A stretch of DNA of 64,000 bases from Octopus vulgaris (GCA_951406725.2 OX597821.1:52948001-53012000); one strand, 5' to 3'. Positions 42,365 through 54,599 are shown, counted from the stretch's first letter. Translations and numbers: made by a program. Notes: generated from the sequence alone by a model not told the origin.

Positions 42365-42560
42365 AGGCAGAAACGTTAGTACGCCGGGCGAAATGCTTAG
42401 TGGCATATCCTTTGTCTTTACGTTCTGAGTTCAAATTCCGACGAGGTCTACTTTGCTTTTCATCATTTCAAGGTCGATAAGTTAAGTACAAGTTGCTTAC
42501 TGGGTCGATCTAATTCCTCCCCCAAAATTTCGGGCCTTGTGCCTAGGGTAGAAAAGATTA
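42365..42560 (+). mobile_element. SINE family B
   Basis: ggcagaaacgttagtacgccgggcgaaatgc..gagttcaaattccg..tcgataagttaagtac. Confidence 0.8.
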
Positions 42561-43694
42561 TTTAGCTATTTACACATTATTTCTTGTAAGAATAAAAGGC
42601 TCTTATAAAGATTATAGTGTACATATGTCAGTGTGCATGCGCGCGCGTGCGTGTATAAACAGTTAACTGAAGTTTGCTAAATTTAAGCAATAAAATATTC
42701 ATGACTATTATATGTCTTCCATTTTGAGACTGGTCTTGAAAGTTGTTACTTTTAAAATGTAACAGCAACAATTTATGCGTAAGGTTTCAGAAACGAAAAA
42801 ACAAGCCATTATGCACAGGATTGTCTGTAATATGCAGAAATTATTCAGAGTATAATGCAATCTTTAAAACGTTAATTTTAATATACTAATTTTCACTATA
42901 TTTTTTGGTCATGGATGAAATGCTCCTTCATGAGTTAGCACGGCTAGCATGTTACAAATGCATTGGGAGCGATGTTCGTATTCCTTGTTGTCAGATCAGC
43001 AATATAGCAGGCTGTTAATGTAAATGGCGGTTTGTGTTTGTGTATGTGTTCTATCGCGTGGAAGCTTAAGTGTAAATTTAATGAAAATGTTAAAAGAAAT
43101 TGCTGAGAGGTTTGAGAAAAAAAAACAAAGGAACAAAACAAAACAATAAACATTGACAACCTTTATCGATCATAAGCATTTCCCATAACATACTTTAGGA
43201 AGCACTAAATGTCAGGTGAGAGAAATAATTTAACTAGTAGTTACAAAGCAATTATATATAACACATTGCCCAACTCCAAACATCTGTGTTCTTAGATATA
43301 CATAGGTAGTGATTGAAACTGTGCTTACCTTAAATAAATGTTTTAAAATTTTGGCAGATGCCCAGCAATAAAAAAAACAAAACATTTATACTGAGCTAAA
43401 ATTTGTCTATTTTCTAACCACTTCACTCACCTATCCACACTACTTAAATATTCGCTCTAGACTGGCGGCAAAGGCGTATAACCAGTAAATATCTTCTGAA
43501 TTCATATAAAAGGAAACTAAGATTTTCTGCATATCAGAGTTGCCTCTCTTGCCATTTGCTACTGGAGAAAACTATGTAGCTTGAAACGCAATCTATTTGT
43601 CAACATGGAACGCACTGAACCGGTTGCGGTGTTCTAACACCATGTGGTCTAAAGCAAAACTGCAGTAAAATAAAATAGTTCCCATTTCTTTCTG

Positions 43695-43861
43695 TGTAGG
43701 GGGCTAGTCGATTAGATCGCAACTGGTAAATATTTCATCGATCCCGAAAGGAAGAAAAAGCAAAGTCGGCCACGGCAGAATTTGAACTGAGAACGTAAGG
43801 ACGAATGAAATACCGCTCTGTATTTCGTCCGTCGTGTTAACCATTCTGCCACCTGACCACC
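43695..43861 (-). mobile_element. SINE family B, head-to-head with the next copy
   Basis: Diverged reverse complement of the first part of 43928-44160. Confidence 0.75.
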
Positions 43862-43927
43862 ATCAGTTAACAAGAACAACAATGATGATGATGATAGTGA
43901 TGTTGATAATATATATGTATATATATA

Positions 43928-44160
43928 GACGCAGTGAGCTGGCAGAAACGTTAGCACGCCGGGCGAAATGCGTGGCCGTATTTCGTCTGCCGTTACGTTC
44001 TGAGTTCAAATTCCGCCGAGGTCGACTTTGCCTTTCATCCTTTCGGGGTCGATAAATTATGTACCAGTTGCGCACTGGGGTCGATATAATCGACTTAATC
44101 CGTTTGTCTGTCCTTGTTTGTCCTCTCTGTGTTTAGCCCCTTGTGGGTAGTAAAGAAATA
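43928..44160 (+). mobile_element. tRNA-derived SINE family B, full length
   Basis: A-box-like tggcagaaacgttag, B-box gagttcaaattcc, and central gtcgactttgcctttcatcctttcggggtcgataaa domain. Confidence 0.88.
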
Positions 44161-44174
44161 TATATATATATATA

Positions 44175-44583
44175 GACGCAGGCGTGACAGTAGGGTGAGA
44201 AATTTGCTTCTCAATCACACGGTCCCATGTTCAGTCCCAGTCTGTCGCACTTTCTATTTTCTACTATAGCTTCAAGCCGACCAAAGTCTTGACAGTGGTA
44301 GACGGAAATCGAAAGAAGCCCGCCGTATATATATATATATATATAATATGTGTGTGTGTGTATGTATGTATTTCTGCATGTATTCGTGTATGTGTGTTTG
44401 TTCACCCCGCCATCGCTTGACAATCGTTGCTGGTATGTTTACGTCCCCGTCACTTAGCTGTTCGGCAAGAGTCAGAGAGAATAAGTACTAGAATTATAAA
44501 GAATTAGCCCTGGGGTCGATTTATACGACTGAAGGCGGTGCTCTGCAGTCACATGTCTGAAACTTATAAAAGAGTAAAAGAGT
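44175..44583 (+). mobile_element. SINE family A, diverged
   Basis: Colinear with the other copies; aaaagagtaaaagagt tail. Confidence 0.82.
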
Positions 44584-44625
44584 GTGTGTGTATATATATA
44601 TATGTATGTATGTATGAATGTATAT

Positions 44626-45028
44626 CAGGCACGTACCGTTAGAAATTACTCAGGGAAGGTAGTTGGTGACTTTTATGTAGTAAAACACGCAAAAAGCTAA
44701 GCGAAACAGGTGTGCGACTGAGTTGGAGGCAGAATTACTTCTGCATTTTATCACGTAAAGAAAAGCTTGTAGGAATGTACGCAGCATGTGTACCACAGCA
44801 GTACTATACGTAGTTTTAATCCTGAAATTGAAAGGCAGGGGTGAATTATGCTTACCTAATCTACAAAAAAATATATATGCTACTTTGCATTTTATGCATA
44901 AAAATCAGAGTAACCGTCATAATTTTATTGGATTATGTGCATAATTTGACACAAAAATAGAATGTTATTATCGATCTGTTTTATTCAGGGTAGGCACTGC
45001 CTATCTTGCCTACCCAATCGTCACGCCC

Positions 45029-45031
<3 letters not shown>
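44626..45031. mobile_element. Possible MITE with short imperfect TIRs
   Basis: tat|caggcacgtac ... gtcacgcccctg|ata, with a subterminal taggca..tgccta hairpin. Confidence 0.4.
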
Positions 45032-45081
<50 letters not shown>

Positions 45082-45926
45082 AGAGAGAGAGAGAGAGAGA
45101 AGTTAATGGATAGATAGATAGATAAATAGATCGGCAGATAGATAGATAGAAATGTTTGTGTGTATTTTTAAAGCTAAGAGGTGACACACGAGTGAATTTA
45201 TATTAAAAGCAAAAAGAAAATGGTTCGAGAACTTTATCAGGCATAAAAATAAGAAAGTATTTAAAACCCATATCAAAATATCTCCTACAGGTTTCAATCT
45301 CTTTACAAATGTAAATATATCCTTATATATCATATATTATCCATGATAAATATCTCAAAACATTTTCCTCTGTAGTTGCTTCATAGGTACGTGGGTGAGA
45401 GAGAAAATGTGGGTGTGTGCGTTGGGGGTGGGGAGGAAAAATGCGTGCGTGTGTCTGTGTATGTAGAGCAGTATTATATTTGTGTAGCGGAGTTAATTTC
45501 AACTAATCATGACATCATTTAATATACTAATATACTCTTCGAAAACAGTACAAGGCAATGTGTGAGCGATAGAAAGAGGGGAAAAGAGAGAGGGGTGAGA
45601 TAGAGGGAGAGAGAGAGAAAGAAAGAGAGAGACAGACATGGAAGAAGAGAGTGTGTGTTGGGAGAAAGAAAGGGTGATAGTGTGGATGAGCGAGAGAGAG
45701 AGAGAGAGGAGTGGGTGAGAGGGGGATGTAGTGTAGTGATGTCACATTCTTTCAATATGTATACATATTCCTCCTTTCTTTTTCAAATTCTCTATCAGTT
45801 TTAAGCTTTCAGAATTCTACACTCTACATTTCTCTTTACTCTCGATTGCATCTTTCGATACTCAGCTTTACTTTCTTTCACTTTTCTCTCTCTCTCTCTC
45901 TTGCCTTTCTTTCTCGCCTCTTCCTC

Positions 45927-46036
45927 TATTGAGATACAGACGTGGCATTATTGAGACACAGGGGTAGCCTTATTGAGACACAGAGGTAGCCGTATTGAGA
46001 TACAGAGGTAGCCATATAGAGATACAGAGGTAGCCC
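45927..46036. repeat. 22-bp minisatellite, five copies
   Basis: tattgagaYacagaggtagccN repeated. Confidence 0.9.
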
Positions 46037-46707
46037 ATCATTACTTCCACCATCACCATTTATCTTTCTCTGTTATTTATCGCACACTTCCTTTATTTCT
46101 ATCTCTCTATTGATACCAATTTCCGCCCCAAATATTTTTCCCTTTCCTGTCTAATCACACTGTCTAGTTACTTTGTTAAATGTTCTTCTTTCTCTCTCTC
46201 TCACAGTTTCTCTCCATCCATCTCCATTTAAGATTATCAATGTCAACATAACAGCGGCCACCCGAGGTACGCCAATAATATGACGACTAAGTCGTCATTC
46301 AGTTATTTCATTTAGCGTACACAGAAGGTAGGTAACGCTGCCACACTCTCTCTCTCTGTACATATATTTGTGTGTTTTTATATATGTGTATATATACAAA
46401 TATGTTTGCGTGTGCATATATACATACATATATAGAAATACATACAAACATATACATACATACTTACTTATATGTATATATATATATATATAGCAATAAT
46501 AATTCTCTAAAAGGGATATAGACAGTAACTGCTCGATAACATAAGGGACTAAAGCCATCTGAATATGGCTAGGGACAGGGCAGGGTGGTGGGGGTGTTAC
46601 TGTTGCATTTAGCCCCAGGCGAACATCGACGTCACCAGAAAGGCTCGACACCGTCACGGTGCCCTAAACCTGCAAAGGGAGGTAATTCCCCGATGAAGCG
46701 GAAACCA

Positions 46708-46753
46708 CACACGGACCATGGTTTCAAGGTGTATTGCCTATTATCGGCGTGTG
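46708..46753 (-). ncRNA. Hammerhead motif, copy 1 (core CCGAUAA, G8A)
   Basis: cacacg-CCGATAA-t agg..cct t-GAAA-ccatgg-TC-cgtgtg. Confidence 0.65.
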
Positions 46754-47066
46754 GTAGGCCTCCGCTTCCTCGACGAATTCTCACTATGCAGGATTTCTTA
46801 TATAGATTTTCAAGCAAAATACATTTGCTGATTTCGAAAATCTGTTCGAAAGCAATAATAATTCTCTAAAAGGGATATAGACAGTAACTGCTCGATAACA
46901 TAAGGGACTAAAGCCATCTGAATATGGCTAGGGACAGGGCAGGGTGGTGGGGGTGTTACTGTTGCATTTAGCCCCAGGCGAACATCGACGTCACCAGAAA
47001 GGCTCGACACCGTCACGGTGCCCTAAACCTGCAAAGGGAGGTAATTCCCCGATGAAGCGGAAACCA

Positions 47067-47112
47067 CACACGGACCATGGTTTCAAGGTGTATTGCCTAT
47101 TATCGGCGTGTG
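47067..47112 (-). ncRNA. Hammerhead motif, copy 2 (core CCGAUAA, G8A)
   Basis: Identical to copy 1. Confidence 0.65.
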
Positions 47113-47425
47113 GTAGGCCTCCGCTTCCTCGACGAATTCTCACTATGCAGGATTTCTTATATAGATTTTCAAGCAAAATACATTTGCTGATTTCGAAAAT
47201 CTGTTCGAATGCAATAATAATTCTCTAAAAGGGATATAGACAGTAACTGCTCGATAACATAAGGGACTAAAGCCATCTGAATATGGCTAGGGACAGGGCA
47301 GGGTGGTGGGGGTGTTACTGTTGCATTTAGCCCCAGGCGAACATCGACGTCACCAGAAAGGCTCGACACCGTCACGGTGCCCTAAACCTGCAAAGGGAGG
47401 TAATTCCCCGATGAAGCGGAAACCA

Positions 47426-47471
47426 CACACGGACCATGGTTTCAAGGTGTATTGCCTATCATCGGCGTGTG
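47426..47471 (-). ncRNA. Hammerhead motif, copy 3 (core CCGAUGA)
   Basis: cacacg-CCGATGA-t agg caataca cct t-GAAA-ccatgg-TC-cgtgtg. Confidence 0.78.
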
Positions 47472-47843
47472 GTAGGCCTCCGCTTCCTCGACGAATTCTC
47501 ACTATGCAGGATTTCTTATATAGATTTTCAAGCAAAATACATTTGCTGATTTCGAAAATCTGTTCGAAAGCAATAATAATTCTCTAAAAGGGATATAGAC
47601 AGTAACTGCTCGATAACATAAGGGACTAAAGCCATCTGAATATGGCTAGGGACAGGGCAGGGTGGTGGGGGTGTTACTGTTGCATTTAGTCCCTTATGTT
47701 ATCGAGCAGTTACTGTCTATATCCCTTTTAGAGAATTATTATTGCTTTCGAACAGATTTTCGAAATCAGCAAATGTATTTTGCTTGAAAATCTATATAAG
47801 AAATCCTGCATAGTGAGAATTCGTCGAGGAAGCGGAGGCCTAC

Positions 47844-47889
47844 CACACGCCGATGATAGGCAATACACCTTGAAACCATGGTCCGTGTG
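47844..47889 (+). ncRNA. Hammerhead motif in the inverted copy (core CCGAUGA)
   Basis: Core 47850-47856, GAAA 47872-47875, palindrome ccatgg, predicted cleavage after C47883. Stem I is extended by gaagcgga/tccgcttc. Confidence 0.78.
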
Positions 47890-48050
47890 TGGTTTCCGCT
47901 TCATCGGGGAATTACCTCCCTTTGCAGGTTTAGGGCACCGTGACGGTGTCGAGCCTTTCTGGTGACGTCGATGTTCGCCTGGGGCTAAATGCAACAGTAA
48001 CACCCCCACCACCCTGCCCTGTCCCTAGCCATATTCAGATGGCTTTAGTC

Positions 48051-48122
<72 letters not shown>

Positions 48123-48550
48123 GGAGAATTCACAAAAAAAGGAAACGGCCTGATTAGAAAGTGCGAGAATTTTAATAGTGAATGAGAAGTTGTATAATTG
48201 TATGAAATTCAAAATTTTACTATTAAGCAAATTTGGAAGCGTTGTTCTTCGGCAATTTTTTTTAATATTTATTACTACAGAACGAAGTATTAGGTAGGTG
48301 TACGTGTGTGCTACGCTCTTGCATTTGTGCGTTTATATCCAATTAGTATATGTGTTAATTGTTTCCAGTGTCATCTCTTAGAGTATGCTTTGCATATCTT
48401 CTTGTGAGTCTTTCTCTTTCCAAATGCACGTTGTGTGTGTATTTGAGCGTGTCAGCAAGCATATATTACACTGAACAACAAACTTGCTACTGGGGTGAGA
48501 GCATGTCTTTTACACTAAATCTAGGACGCTGATTCCGAATCCACGCTCAA

Positions 48551-48615
<65 letters not shown>

Positions 48616-49320
48616 CAACAACAACATCGAAAAATACCTTAGAAATAAGAATCCAAGTTGAGTTGTATGTATGTGATTGTATCATTTAATATGTATATAT
48701 GAGATACTTCCCCCTCTTTTTATTTACAACACTGTCTAAAAGAAAAAAATTCAAAGTTGGTTTCATCTAGATTTGAAATCAGAATGTAGAACGACGTATC
48801 TAACACGGCCATCACATCAAATCCGTTACTATTTCGGCTTAAACGCTGTCGATAAACACATTTTTCTGTCCAAGACATATGCATACTGGATATTTATACA
48901 TTTGACCTTCAATGGTGACATATACTATAAAGATATATGCGATTGGCATATTGCCTTTGGAGAAACACTCACAAATAATTACAAGAAAAGCTGAAGTTGA
49001 CCGGTTCATAGCAAAATTTGAATAAATTTTCTTGGAAACATGTACACTATAAGAATTATTTAAATATAAGTATGTCTGTGTGAATATGTTTTTATTTGTT
49101 TATATATGTATATGTATCAATGTAAACATACAAAACCGCTCACACATAGGTACGCAGGATTCGACTCAGCAAGGTTTTTTTCAACCTGTTACTTACATGT
49201 TATTTCTAACTTTATACGTACATCGAGATCCAGTTCTACGCGCGTGCGCACACACATACACATTGTATATATACTTATAGGGTGAGCAAAAGTGTACGTA
49301 CGCCGCTATATGTTTTTTTT

Positions 49321-49734
49321 TACTCTTTTTTACTCTTTTTACCTGTTTCAGTCATTTGACTGCGGCCATGCTGGAGCACCGCCTTTAGTCGAGAAAATCG
49401 ACCCCGGGACTTATTCTTTGTAAGCCCAGTACTTATTCTATCGGTCTCTTTTGCCGAACCGCTAAGTTACGGGGACGTAAACACACCAGCATCGGTTGTC
49501 AAGCAATGCTAGGGGAACAAACACAGACACACAAACATATTCACACACACTTATATATATATACATATATACGACAGGCTTCTTTCAGTTTTCGTCTACC
49601 AAATCCACTTACAAGGCATTGGTCGGCCCGGGGCTATAGCAGAAGACACTTGCCCAAGATGCCACGCAGTGGGACTGAACTCGGAACCATGTGGTTGGTT
49701 AGCAAGCTACTTACCAAACAGCCACTCCTGCGCC
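49321..49734 (-). mobile_element. SINE family A, full length, young
   Basis: Very similar to 12451-12852. Confidence 0.9.
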
Positions 49735-49744
49735 TGTATATATA

Positions 49745-50075
49745 AATCCCAAAAAATGGAACAAGAACGCGGCAGACGAGAATAAAACATCGACATAGAC
49801 GATGCAAAGACGAACAGGAAAAACTACAAAACGACGGAGAGGAAAAAAACAAGGACGGGTCATTCACAGCCTTCTCTCATCAGTTAAGTTTGTGACCAGT
49901 CAGATTTGAACAGTCTCAAGTGTAACCGGCTGAAACTGTAAAGATAATCTGGAAATTTGTCTGATGAGAGAAGGCTGCGAATGACTCGTCCTTGTTTTTC
50001 CCTGTCCGTCTTTGTATCGTCTATTTGTCCGGATATTTTATTGTCATCTGTTGCGTTCTTGCTTCATTTTTGGAC
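49745..50075. repeat. Diverged inverted repeat, PLE pLTR-like
   Basis: ccaaaaaatggaacaagaacgc / gcgttcttgcttcatttttgg and aacaaggacgggtcattcacagccttctctcatcag / ctgatgagagaaggctgcgaatgactcgtccttgtt. Confidence 0.7.
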
Positions 50076-50103
50076 TCACACACACACACACACACATATA
50101 TAT

Positions 50104-50147
<44 letters not shown>

Positions 50148-51139
50148 GTAAAGAGACCTCGTAAGGTAAACACACATAAGCCTGAGCCGTATATTCACAT
50201 GGAGCACGAAATGTAGATTATAACATACATGACATTATGTGATGTTTATTTTACCTCGACAGCTGTTTCAAGATTAGGGTTGCACTGATATCTACTTACT
50301 GCTGCATTGTCACTGGTTCTGGATGAAAATTGCTGGAGTTAAGTTCACACTAATTTGGATACTACAGGGTGTTATGTATATTGCACGTATTTTGTTCTCC
50401 TCTATCTCCACCCTCTGAAAACACACACGCTTAGAAGTATAGGCATGAATTCAGTCAAAGAGGATATAAAGTGTTAAAACAAATTGAGGGAAGCAAAGTG
50501 TTAAAATATAAATACAAGCATCGTTTTATCGTAACATTGCCTTTTTTTTGAAAATGTAAACAAGGAGAGCCATTAGTGTTATTTTGCAATAGTGTTCTTA
50601 TAGCGTGGGATTGTTGCCACAGTTTATGTCGAGCAAAGGCATTGCCATATCTACAGTTTGATCGACTAAAAGCAATAATATTAGTAGCTAGTTTTAATGT
50701 ATAAATTTATTACTTGATATCTAGGTAGAGTAATGGAATGCATTCTCTGGGGGAGCAGAAAATGTAACAGATGACACCTGGGAATTATTTTATGAGACTT
50801 CGCTATAATGGGACATGGATTACTGTTAGGTATGTCATAAATTATATCTTCTTTACTGGAGTTGGTATTTACCTAGATAATTCACCCCAGGGTCTATAAT
50901 CATTTAACATTTCTTCAAATGAAATATGATGATATAATACACTGAGGCGCACATAAATATATATCAAACCTCTGTGTGTGTGTGTGTGTACTCTACATTA
51001 AAGATGTACGTTAGGTTCGTAAAATAAATTAGACTGTATTATCCCCATATTAAAATAACCTGTAGCGCTCACGATTTAGAACATTGCTAATCAAACCATT
51101 CCATTACTTTACAACACGTGTTAGCATTTGTGTGTGTGC

Positions 51140-51188
<49 letters not shown>

Positions 51189-51650
51189 CACATACACATA
51201 CATATAATAAGTGGAAGGTAGTCAGAATTCGGATAAATTCTTTTTATTGATAACATTAATTACCTTGTTTTCCTTTTTATATATGAATTAGATGAAAAAT
51301 GTCAATAATTTAATCTTCAGACGTTTTTGGAAAAAGGTCGTGAGTGATTATTTGAGGTGTTCCTTGTCATTCTGAATGTATATGTGTCAATATTTGTATG
51401 TATATGTATCTGTGTGAAACGAATTTTCATTTTCATTTTTATTCTGTCTACCCTAGTGAAGCCTACAACATCCCATGGGCTATGTCTAAAAATTCACATA
51501 CATACCTAAAGATTCACACACATACATACAATCATCAATTAAAAATGACAAAGAATCTCTCAAATAACCACTCTGAAACATTCTTTCTCTAAAAGTCAGG
51601 AAAGCAAAAAGAACTCATAACTTTTTCAGCTAACACACACACACACACAC

Positions 51651-51717
<67 letters not shown>

Positions 51718-51887
51718 GTCTAGTAACCGTCGATTGATTATGAATAACTAAAAGGAATGAAAGTTTTAATAAATAGCATTTATCTCCAGCTCTGACTACT
51801 TTTTACTTATATGCTTGTGTCCATCACAACGAATCTTTCTCTCTCGCTCTCTCTCTCTCTCTCTCAACTGGAAGATTGATGCAAGAT

Positions 51888-52057
51888 TTGAATTTTTTGC
51901 TTTCATAAATCGGTCAATAGATAGATAGATAGATAAAGAGCGAAAGACAGGCAGAAAGACTATAACATATATATATATGTTATAGTCTTTCTGTCTGTCT
52001 TTCTCTCTCTCTCTATCTATCTATCTATTGACCGATTTATGAAAGCAAAAAATTCAA
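51888..52057. repeat. Near-perfect 170-bp palindrome centred on (TA)n
   Basis: ttgaattttttgctttcataaatcggtcaatagatag..agactataacatatatatatatgttatagtct..ctatctattgaccgatttatgaaagcaaaaaattcaa. Confidence 0.9.
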
Positions 52058-52080
52058 TTCTGTCCACAGATTCTGCTCTT

Positions 52081-52093
52081 ATTATTATTATTA

Positions 52094-52181
<88 letters not shown>

Positions 52182-52182
52182 C
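52081..52182. repeat. (TTA)n microsatellite
   Basis: Direct reading. Confidence 0.95.
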
Positions 52183-52381
52183 ATCATCACTGTCATTATT
52201 CCTTCGTAACTCAGTTTAGGTGAAAATGCACCGGATCTTTTTATTCATGTGTCAAGTCAAAACAAAGACCTCAGACAGATCATACTTTCCTTAAGATGTG
52301 TGCTGTGGTCCATAAGACATGAATCTTGCATCAATCTTCCAGTTGCCTTAAGAAGTTTTGAAGTTTCGATGGGATTGAAGC

Positions 52382-52412
<31 letters not shown>

Positions 52413-54599
52413 GAACGTATGCATGTATCTTTATGTATATATCTTTATATCTGTGTTTGAGCGGAAGTTTAGCAGCATATGTGCCTTTGTGTATGTCAAT
52501 GAGTATGAGTATATTTATGAATGTTTATACACATTTTATACACATTTTATAGTCGTACAAACCATTATTTTTTTCACGAATTTGTTTTTCCGTTATTCGT
52601 ATTTCTTCAATAGTTTTTTTTTCCTTTGATCAGTATGAATAAATTGTAAGCGCAGCCGTTATATCTCCAGTTTTATAAGCGATCAAAATCTCCAATATTT
52701 CGTACTAGTGCATTTCAATTTCTATTTCCATGTGATTGCCCTCGGACAATTTTAGAGCACTACTAATGTCTTAGTTTTACATTCCCTTTGTTCCCTTCAT
52801 TTTAAGGAAACAATTATACCTATGAGGAATCGTAGCATAAAACGGCAAATAAGCAAACCGTTGAGTTGGAATTCCCAATAATACATATTTCTCTGATACA
52901 AAATGAGGAACATTAGCCAAGGATATATAAGTCATAGATATTAATAAAAAGTCGATTTTCAATTTTTAATTATCTACTTTCTGATAGAAAATAGATGTGT
53001 TCGCATATATACATTTATAGAAAATTATTACGTTAGATCAGTGAAATAGCGAAAGTTTAAATAAAATTGCGATGGAAATGATAGGCTAAGCTTGTGGTGA
53101 ACTATCTTGTTGGGAATTATAGATTAAAGAATGGCAATAGGATAAAGTGGTTTCTGAAAAGTGGTAATTTAAGTATAGAGTTCTTCGCTTTCACCTACTG
53201 TATCCATAAAATGTAGAAGCTAATGAAATGAAAAGTAGAAAAAGAACTACCAAAGGGTCGTACAAAGATATTGACTTACAGAAAATCTCTGTTTTTAGTA
53301 AATTGCTTTCGTTGTCATTCTATATTTATCCGAAAAGTAGAGGAAGTCACGTGGCTAAGAGAAAGCAGTGAATGATCAGGTTCGGAAAAAATATTATGTT
53401 TAAGTAAGAGTTAGTTCAGTCGCCTACATTTTCCTAATATAGATTTCGCCATCTCCGAATTTTATTTACTGAACTCTAGAGAATGTATCTCACACATTTT
53501 AGTAAAATGACTTAATAGTCTATAAAGATGAATTCTCATCCATACATACTCAAAGGGGCGCGCGCACACGGAATTTTATACATGAGTATGTGTGTGTGTG
53601 TTTGTGTATGTCATGGTCGCTTTGATTCCAATATATTGCTGGCTGGAGCAGGCCCTAGCTATCGCTCTGGCGACCAGGTACTCGTGACTGAAGATGAACG
53701 AGCTCGAAAATGAGTCAGGTCCTGCTAGCAATATATATTGTATACAAAGGGTGCAGCGGCGCACCGACAGCCAGCTGGGGTAAGATCTGCCTGGAGTTAA
53801 ACTAGTAGCAACATGGAACAGCCACTGATGTGATGATTGCTTTTACTTGTCCTGCACACACACACACACACACGCGTGTATGAATGTGTCTATGTATGTA
53901 TATATATATATATATGGGTGTGGGTGGGTGTGTATATATATGTGTGTGTATGTGCGTGTATCTATGTATGAATCTGTGTCTTCCTTTGGAAAATATACTC
54001 CATATTCCAGGTACTCGTACTTAGTAGTTATTCTTGTACACGTTTCGTGACGTCCGAGCGAAGGCTATGCATTTGCAATCTAAGAACAGGAGATTACTAC
54101 TAAACACCTAATAAACAAAAGGGACAACTACTCCCTTAAAGTTGCAAGATGCAATCGAAAATGTAGATTGTGTCATATTACTGTGTACATCACACATGTG
54201 ATTAACAGCTGTTAATCACATATCGTCAAATTATTACCTCCATATACGCGACGAAGTTGTCGCCAAAGCAATATACAATACCATTCTGGATAACGACAGT
54301 CCCGGAATAATCATAAGAACTCCCCTGTTATTGAATAGGTACAGAAACATCAACACAACTAATTCTGGTGGAACATTTCCATCAAAAAATTTCTTACATA
54401 TAAGCATAACAGGCCAAATATTGTTGACTGGAACAGACAAAAAAAGTATGTACCGTCATAGAGCTTAGCTATGATGCTTAAACACTATGATAGTACATAC
54501 TTGTTGATTTCTTATCCAGATAAGCTAGCGCTTTGAGGGACACAAGCAGATAAAAACCCGGCTAAATTTATTAGCATTACAGCTCTACGGACAAAGTCG

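Larger units (their letters stand above)
46492..48056 (-). mobile_element. 359-bp HHR-bearing array (retrozyme/PLE-like): 3.3 tandem copies plus one inverted copy, within (TA)n
   Basis: Units start at 46492, 46851, 47210 and 47569 (partial, to 47689). The inverted copy spans 47685-48056 and is joined through a TTTAG microhomology. Copies are near-identical and (TA)n lies on both sides. Confidence 0.93.

Noticed and set aside
45927-46036. 22-bp repeats as a CRISPR array
   Set aside because: Contiguous units without spacers in eukaryotic DNA; a minisatellite.
46585-48012. Repeated 94-, 68- and 61-aa ORFs in the 359-bp array
   Set aside because: No recognisable domain and apparently non-ATG starts; they recur only because the unit repeats.
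46492-48056. Array read as CRISPR, rDNA/snRNA cluster or plain satellite
   Set aside because: No unique spacers and no rRNA or snRNA similarity that I recognise. The HHR, the inversion and the (TA)n flanks point to retro-integration.
49961-49990. CTGATGA in the inverted repeat as a hammerhead
   Set aside because: No GAAA or supporting stems downstream.
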